Shown here: piece after piece, positions 59,501 through 64,000 of the stretch
How the letters are laid out: each line of letters begins with the position of its first letter
Position numbering within the stretch: position 1 is the first letter of the stretch
Assembly: GCA_042408215.1 (NCBI GenBank)
Contig: JAYFMW010000013.1
Coordinates: 1-64,000, forward strand
Length of the DNA: 64,000 nt
Origin: Microcoleus sp.
GTDB taxonomy: Bacteria; Cyanobacteriota; Cyanobacteriia; Cyanobacteriales; Microcoleaceae
Reading direction: 5' to 3'
Notes under the pieces: model-generated
What the model was told of the DNA's origin: nothing
Databases searched by the model: none
The model's input: only the letters and a program-made list of their open reading frames with translations
Program-made: the position numbers and the translations under genes

Positions 59501-61901
59501 CAAAAAGCAGATATTTGAACAAGTAGGCGGTATGCGACTAGGTTTTGAAGGCTCGCAAGATTACGATTTTGCCTTGAGAGCAACCGAAATTTCTCGCCAC
59601 GTCGCACACCTGCCCCTCGTACTGTATCACTGGCGCACTGCACCCGGTTCCACCGCCATATCTGGAGCGGCGAAACCTGCAAGTTTTGCAGCAGGTCAAA
59701 AAGCTATTCAAGATGCATTAAACCGCCAAAAAATCAACGGAAATGTCGCTCAGCATTCCTGGGCAATTCAAGAAAATTTGGGAATATTTGCTCAGGATTT
59801 CCCCGACACCGGGCCGTCAGTGACAATTATTATTCCTACTAAGAACCAAGAACAATTGCTAAAATCCTGTCTGGATTCTCTGGAGGCTACCACCTACAAA
59901 AATTATCAAATTCTTGTCATCGATAACGAAAGCGACGACCCGAAAGCGCTGGAATATTTCAATAAATTAAATTGCCAAGTTTTGCCAATCAAAAATAAGA
60001 AAGGCAAGTTTAGTTATGCAGCAATTAATAACCGCGCCGTCGAACAATGTGACAGCCAATATATCTTGTTTTTGAACAATGATACTGAGATAATCAACCC
60101 CCGCTGGCTGAGTCAGATGGTGGGATATGCTCAAATTTACGGCGTGGGTGCTGTCGGCGCGAGACTGTTATATCCTGACAACAGAATTCAGCACGCGGGC
60201 ATAATTCACGGGCTCCATCATGGTTTGGCTGGTCACGCTTTTAAGTTGATGAATAGTGATAACCGAGGCTATCTTTCTCAGGCGATGGTGACGCGAAATT
60301 ACTCGGCTGTTACTGCTGCTTGTATGCTGACTCCGCGTCAATTGTTCTTAGAATTTGGCGGTTTTGATGAGCAGAATTTTGCTGTTGCTTACAATGATGC
60401 TGATTATGGATACCGACTGTTAGAAAAGGGCTACCGCTGTGTATATTGTCCCGATGCGGAACTGTTACACAAAGAGGGAGCTTCTAGAGGTTTTAATGAC
60501 AATCCGAGAGAAGTAGCAGCATTTCGGCGCAAGTATGCTGGGAAAAATGATGGTTTTTACAGTCCTCACTTGTCTCTAGAAGATGAGTATTTTCATATTC
60601 AACCTCGACGGGTTTTTATGAAGGAAGAGGGAAGTTCGGCAACGGATTCTGTAACGGATGTAACGGATGTAACGGATGGATGGAAGAAGGAAGAACTAAA
60701 ATTTGATGATTTTGGTTCTTTGATATCAGCAAAAAATCATATTTATCCTATCAAACTTTTGATGTGCAGCAATTCGCTGGATTTCACGGGGGCGCCACTG
60801 CATCAGTACGAAATTGCGGTGAAGTTGGCGGCTGAGGGAAGTATTAAGCCGATCGCATTTTGCGTTTCTGATGGGCCACTGCGACAGGCTTACGAACAGC
60901 AGGGGATTGAGGTAATTATTCACGATAATCCTCTCGAACATATCTACCAGCGTGATGCTTATGATGAGGCGATCGATAATTTTAGTCAGGAAATTAAAAA
61001 ATTTAAAATAGATGCCATTTATGCTAATACTTTAGAGAATTTCTTTGTGGTTGATGCGGCGCAGCAAATCGGAATTCCTACAGTGTGGAACGTCCATGAA
61101 AGCGAACCTTGGCAAACTTATTTTAACAGATTTGGTGCGGAGATTGCGGCGAGAGCTTTAGAGTGTTTTCGCTTTCCTTACAAGGTGATTTTTGTGGCGG
61201 ATGCAACGCGAGACAGATATTTACCTCTGAATAGCCACCACAATTTTACAGTGATTCATAATGGCTTAGATTTGAGTCGATTGGACAATTCGGACAATCC
61301 TGAATTGGCTAGAAATAGTCTTGGTGTTGAGCAGGAAGATGTGGTAATTTTGTTGCTGGGAACAGTATGCGAAAGAAAAGGCCAGCAGGATTTAGTCAAG
61401 GCGCTGTCACTTTTGCCGGAAAAATGGCACAGTAAAATTAAGTGTTTTATTGTGGGCGATCGACCGAGTATTTACAGCAATCAATTAGCCGATTTGGTGG
61501 GCGAATTGCCAGAAAAATTGCAGCAAAGGGTGACAGTTGTCCCGGAAACACCGGAGACTGGAAAATATTACCAAGCCGCAGATATTTTTGTTTGCACTTC
61601 TCGGATCGAAAGTTTTCCCAGAGTGATTTTAGAGGCGATGGCTTGCGATTTGCCAATTATTACAACGCCTGTTTTTGGGATTATAGAACAGGTGAAGCCG
61701 GGAATTAACGGTTTATTTTACACTCCCGATCGCCCGGAGGAGTTAGCGGCTGCATTGAATACTTTATTGGAGGATGAATCTTTGCGGGATTTGTTAGCAG
61801 ATAATGCTAAATATGTGTTAGAGTCATTGAATACTTTTGCAGAAATGACTCAAGGTTATGGTCAAATTTTTAGAGAAGCTTATTTTACTAATAAAAAGTA
61901 A
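56541..61901 (+). CDS. Multidomain sulfotransferase / coiled coil / GT2 / GT2 / GT4 protein
   Basis: GMHRSGTS, WGWKDPR; ISVVMPVYN...LDNDD; IIIPTKN...FLNND; ESFPRVILEAMA. Confidence 0.9.
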   Translation: MNTNDSKSSVFIVTGMHRSGTSLTASLFQKVGVDIGNKLVGPADGNVKGHFENVDFVEFHKSVLRSQGIDELGCTLEKTISVAAEFVEIAKKLITENQQTDKYWGWKDPRTALFGNFWLTLLPQANFICVYRSPWEVVDSLYRRGTDVSLLNNPEMAVKMWIHYNQQVLELYEGFPDRCLLANVYAIGNNPELFINQVNQKFNVNLGAIPAENFDKSLLVNESKKTHKPSLIKQYFPEALELYEILETKADKLSETSNLSSAQVIDLPTSPLWPFEDWLKIRVLEKQQKNSKSDIQQWQSQFKQAQAKLLGLETELGQTQIQLAGQESQFQEALVKLLGLETELGQTQVLLAGQESQFQEALAKVLGLEAELGQTQVLLAGKESHLQEAAIKLLGLETELGQTQVKLAGQESQFQIALAKLLELEAELGQSQVQIEEKEFRLQANLTELMRFKKSQSETQEKFSETLEILEQSRQENELIRAELAALKSSDWWQIRENWFELQRRFRDILPRFIFSLDRPTTWQVCDSNLLIVGWVFNSKKSIKAVRARIQNQSFVGVYGIERSDIALAYSNIIAAKNSGFTIELVAPPGRHEVLLEVQNSQGKWHILAIYPLLVSTIQASLDVPVVWEQHQGQILFAGWCCHHDRQITKLNVLCGDTSVECAYGLRRKDVGEVFPDWVNSTESGFEVLVDLPPGEWQVSLQAELETGETLYFQAPKILTVRRYDIWQRSADKFEELSRFTAAIQQRAKERKQRLGRIFPMPWEIVKVLRQFQTIYRQQKQFISPGDLLPPVGFVVPQPIDRYDAWLSVNQWNERSRNYLISRLESCQEALPKISVVMPVYNPQVEFLSSAIASVFNQVYQNWELCIADDCSTDLKVIETLKNWATKDSRIQITFRKENGNISAATNSATELATGDIILFLDNDDELTPDALGEVALYFATHPTTDFLYSDDDKIDTKGRRFSPQFKPEWSPELLLSYMYLGHLCAVKKQIFEQVGGMRLGFEGSQDYDFALRATEISRHVAHLPLVLYHWRTAPGSTAISGAAKPASFAAGQKAIQDALNRQKINGNVAQHSWAIQENLGIFAQDFPDTGPSVTIIIPTKNQEQLLKSCLDSLEATTYKNYQILVIDNESDDPKALEYFNKLNCQVLPIKNKKGKFSYAAINNRAVEQCDSQYILFLNNDTEIINPRWLSQMVGYAQIYGVGAVGARLLYPDNRIQHAGIIHGLHHGLAGHAFKLMNSDNRGYLSQAMVTRNYSAVTAACMLTPRQLFLEFGGFDEQNFAVAYNDADYGYRLLEKGYRCVYCPDAELLHKEGASRGFNDNPREVAAFRRKYAGKNDGFYSPHLSLEDEYFHIQPRRVFMKEEGSSATDSVTDVTDVTDGWKKEELKFDDFGSLISAKNHIYPIKLLMCSNSLDFTGAPLHQYEIAVKLAAEGSIKPIAFCVSDGPLRQAYEQQGIEVIIHDNPLEHIYQRDAYDEAIDNFSQEIKKFKIDAIYANTLENFFVVDAAQQIGIPTVWNVHESEPWQTYFNRFGAEIAARALECFRFPYKVIFVADATRDRYLPLNSHHNFTVIHNGLDLSRLDNSDNPELARNSLGVEQEDVVILLLGTVCERKGQQDLVKALSLLPEKWHSKIKCFIVGDRPSIYSNQLADLVGELPEKLQQRVTVVPETPETGKYYQAADIFVCTSRIESFPRVILEAMACDLPIITTPVFGIIEQVKPGINGLFYTPDRPEELAAALNTLLEDESLRDLLADNAKYVLESLNTFAEMTQGYGQIFREAYFTNKK
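57434..57860 (+). repeat. Five in-frame 84-bp (28-aa) coiled-coil repeats
   Basis: KLLGLETELGQTQ-like units at 57462, 57546, 57630, 57714, 57798. Confidence 0.9.
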
Positions 61902-62868
61902 TCGTTCAAGATTAAATGGTAAAAAAGTATGGAGTAAAATTTCGACCCTCGTGGAAGAGAGCACCTCAAATGAATTAACAGCTAAAAATTACTGGGAGAC
62001 TAACCCAACAGCCGCCATTGGGAAGCAGGGTTACTGGTTGTCTAATCCGATTATAGAAAAAACTATAAACTATCGGCTGTCAGGTGGTAAGACTCAAGGT
62101 TACTGGCTAACCTGGTTAGTAAATAAATATTTCAAAAAGCGACGGTTCGATCGCCTTTTATCTATTGGTTGCGGTGTCGGGAATCACGAGATTTTGATGG
62201 CTAAATTAGGATTTGCCAGTCAAATTGATGCCTTTGACTTTTCCGAAAACTCTTTAGAAATTGCCAGAAAAGATGCCACAGCAGCGGGAGTAGATATTAA
62301 TTTTTATCAAGATGACTTTAATTTATTTACGATTGATGATAGTAAAAAGTACGATGTAATTTTTTGCTCTGGTTCCCTGCATCACGTCAGAGAACTAGAA
62401 CGATGTTTGTCAATTGTTCGGAAATGTTTAAAACCCGATGGATATTTTATTGTCAATGAATACATAGGAGATTGCTACAATATATATAATCAAAATCAAG
62501 AGGATTTGATTAATCGCATTTACGAATGTTTTCACGACACGCTAAAGTCGGGAACAACTGAAAAATTTTCGAGTCCAAGTATTGAGGAAGTATTGGCGAG
62601 AGATTCTTCAGAAGCAGTCCGGTCAAAGCTGATACTTCCGTTTTTAGAATTCTACTTTGATGTGGAAGTCTTGAATCCCGCCGGTGGGGGGTTGCTTCAC
62701 GAACTTTACCCTTTCTTAGATCACGATCGACTTTCAGACGGAGAACCCAAGAGTGAAACAATAATCAAGTTATTGCTTGAGATTGAAACAATCTTAATGG
62801 AGCAGCCGGGAGGACTATCAAGCGACTTTTGTTTGTGTATTCTGAGACATAAAAAACAATGGAAATAA
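61858..62868 (+). CDS. Class I SAM methyltransferase (true start probably GTG 61951)
   Basis: LSIGCGVG, SLHHV, LKPDG. Confidence 0.88.
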   Translation: MVKFLEKLILLIKSNRSRLNGKKVWSKISTLVEESTSNELTAKNYWETNPTAAIGKQGYWLSNPIIEKTINYRLSGGKTQGYWLTWLVNKYFKKRRFDRLLSIGCGVGNHEILMAKLGFASQIDAFDFSENSLEIARKDATAAGVDINFYQDDFNLFTIDDSKKYDVIFCSGSLHHVRELERCLSIVRKCLKPDGYFIVNEYIGDCYNIYNQNQEDLINRIYECFHDTLKSGTTEKFSSPSIEEVLARDSSEAVRSKLILPFLEFYFDVEVLNPAGGGLLHELYPFLDHDRLSDGEPKSETIIKLLLEIETILMEQPGGLSSDFCLCILRHKKQWK

Positions 62869-63569
62869 TACCGCCTAAAGTAGATTACGAAAGTGCGTGG
62901 GACAGTTACGCCCAACAGTGGCAAAAAACTAATCCCAAACTCGCCCATATTGGCGATGAATGGATCGGAAAAGGTGCGGGTGCGGCTAATTCGCTAGCAG
63001 AATATGAAGCACTGATAGAACAGGAATTTATCGCACCGTATATCAAACCAGAACATACAGTTTTGGAAATTGGGATCGGCGGTGGAAAAACCGGTTCGTT
63101 GTTGCTTAAATATGGCGATCGCCTAATTTGTGCTGACATTTCCAGTCAAATGCTACAAGCAACCCGATCGCGCTTGGGCGACCATCGCGTTTCTTACGTC
63201 AAACTCGACGGGTTAACATTAGATGGTATCGCCCCAGAATCTGCTGATGTCTGCTTTTGTTACGATACAATGGTGCACGTAGAGCCGGTGGATATATTCA
63301 ACTACCTAACTCGAATTCCGAAACTGCTGCGGGGCGATCGCATTTGCGTTTTTCACCACGGGAATATTCTCAGCGAATTAGGTTGGCAAAAATTCGCCAG
63401 CGAGTGGGATAAAAACTTGTTGGGATGCAGAGATGGCACCGCATTCTCAGTGATGACTGATACAATTATGGAACAATTTCTCAACCATTTAAACTATGAA
63501 ATCATCCTGAAAAACACATCTTCAGTACCGCGAGATTGCGTCTGGATCTGCAAAGCACCCAGTTATTAG
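62859..63569 (+). CDS. Class I SAM methyltransferase
   Basis: VLEIGIGGG, ADIS. Confidence 0.88.
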   Translation: MEIIPPKVDYESAWDSYAQQWQKTNPKLAHIGDEWIGKGAGAANSLAEYEALIEQEFIAPYIKPEHTVLEIGIGGGKTGSLLLKYGDRLICADISSQMLQATRSRLGDHRVSYVKLDGLTLDGIAPESADVCFCYDTMVHVEPVDIFNYLTRIPKLLRGDRICVFHHGNILSELGWQKFASEWDKNLLGCRDGTAFSVMTDTIMEQFLNHLNYEIILKNTSSVPRDCVWICKAPSY

Positions 63570-63757
63570 TCATTAGTCATTAGTTGTTAGTCATTAGTTG
63601 TTATTATTGGTTATTAGTTATTGGCAGCTAACAAATAACTAATAACCAATAATAACAGTCAACAGACAACTAATAACAGACAACTAATAACAGACAACTA
63701 ATAACAGACAACTAATAACAGACAACTAATAACAGACAACTAATAACAGTTAACAGA
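63566..63757. repeat. Opposed STRR tracts including 14-bp TAATAACAGACAAC units
   Basis: Direct reading. Confidence 0.88.
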
Positions 63758-63837
63758 CCCTTCGACTACCCTTCGGCTTCGCTCAGGGGAAACGCTCAGG
63801 GCACGGAAACAGTCAACAGTCGTACCGCCAACAGTCA

Positions 63838-64000
63838 ATGAAAGCACTATTTCTCCATCCAAACTTCCCCGCCCAATACCGGCACATTATCACTGCTTTA
63901 GGCGCAGATCCAAAAAACCAGATAGTTTTTGGAACTAAAAACGAGCGCCCAGAATGGAACATTCCCGGTGTTCGCAAAGCAGCATTTACACCCAGCCGCG
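63838..64000 (+). CDS. Glycosyltransferase family 4, 5' end (partial)
   Basis: MKALFLHPNFPAQYRH N-terminal motif. Confidence 0.8.
   Translation, partial: MKALFLHPNFPAQYRHIITALGADPKNQIVFGTKNERPEWNIPGVRKAAFTPSR

Overview
Chromosomal window from a filamentous cyanobacterium, probably Oscillatoriales/Microcoleaceae (inferred from dense HIP1 GCGATCGC sites, heptamer STRR tracts and REP/MITE repeats). The housekeeping backbone comprises the gshB 3' end, a Gfo/Idh/MocA oxidoreductase in an apparently exact 1451-bp tandem duplication, a CHAT-FHA protein, coxBAC with ctaA/ctaB, a Met-zincin protease, ppc, ppa, two Ser/Thr kinases, a CyaB-type adenylate cyclase, recN, ruvB, and the start of a wzm/wzt polysaccharide cluster. 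The accessory layer is rich: (i) a well-formed integron attC closing a UDG-superfamily gene cassette inside a decaying DUF433/DUF5615 toxin-antitoxin cluster, with no integrase in the window; (ii) one complete IS605 (tnpA+tnpB), one tnpB-only element, and two protein-less derivatives that keep the omegaRNA end, one inside the cox operon where it supplies the coxB stop codon; (iii) three duplications that begin at or next to HIP1-like sites, two of which bracket accessory genes; (iv) a sulfotransferase/coiled-coil/three-glycosyltransferase protein resembling a sulfate-capping chain-length ruler; (v) nested, modular MITE/REP repeats, some translated in frame. No rRNA, tRNA or CRISPR array was recognised. 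All calls were made by eye, without database searches.
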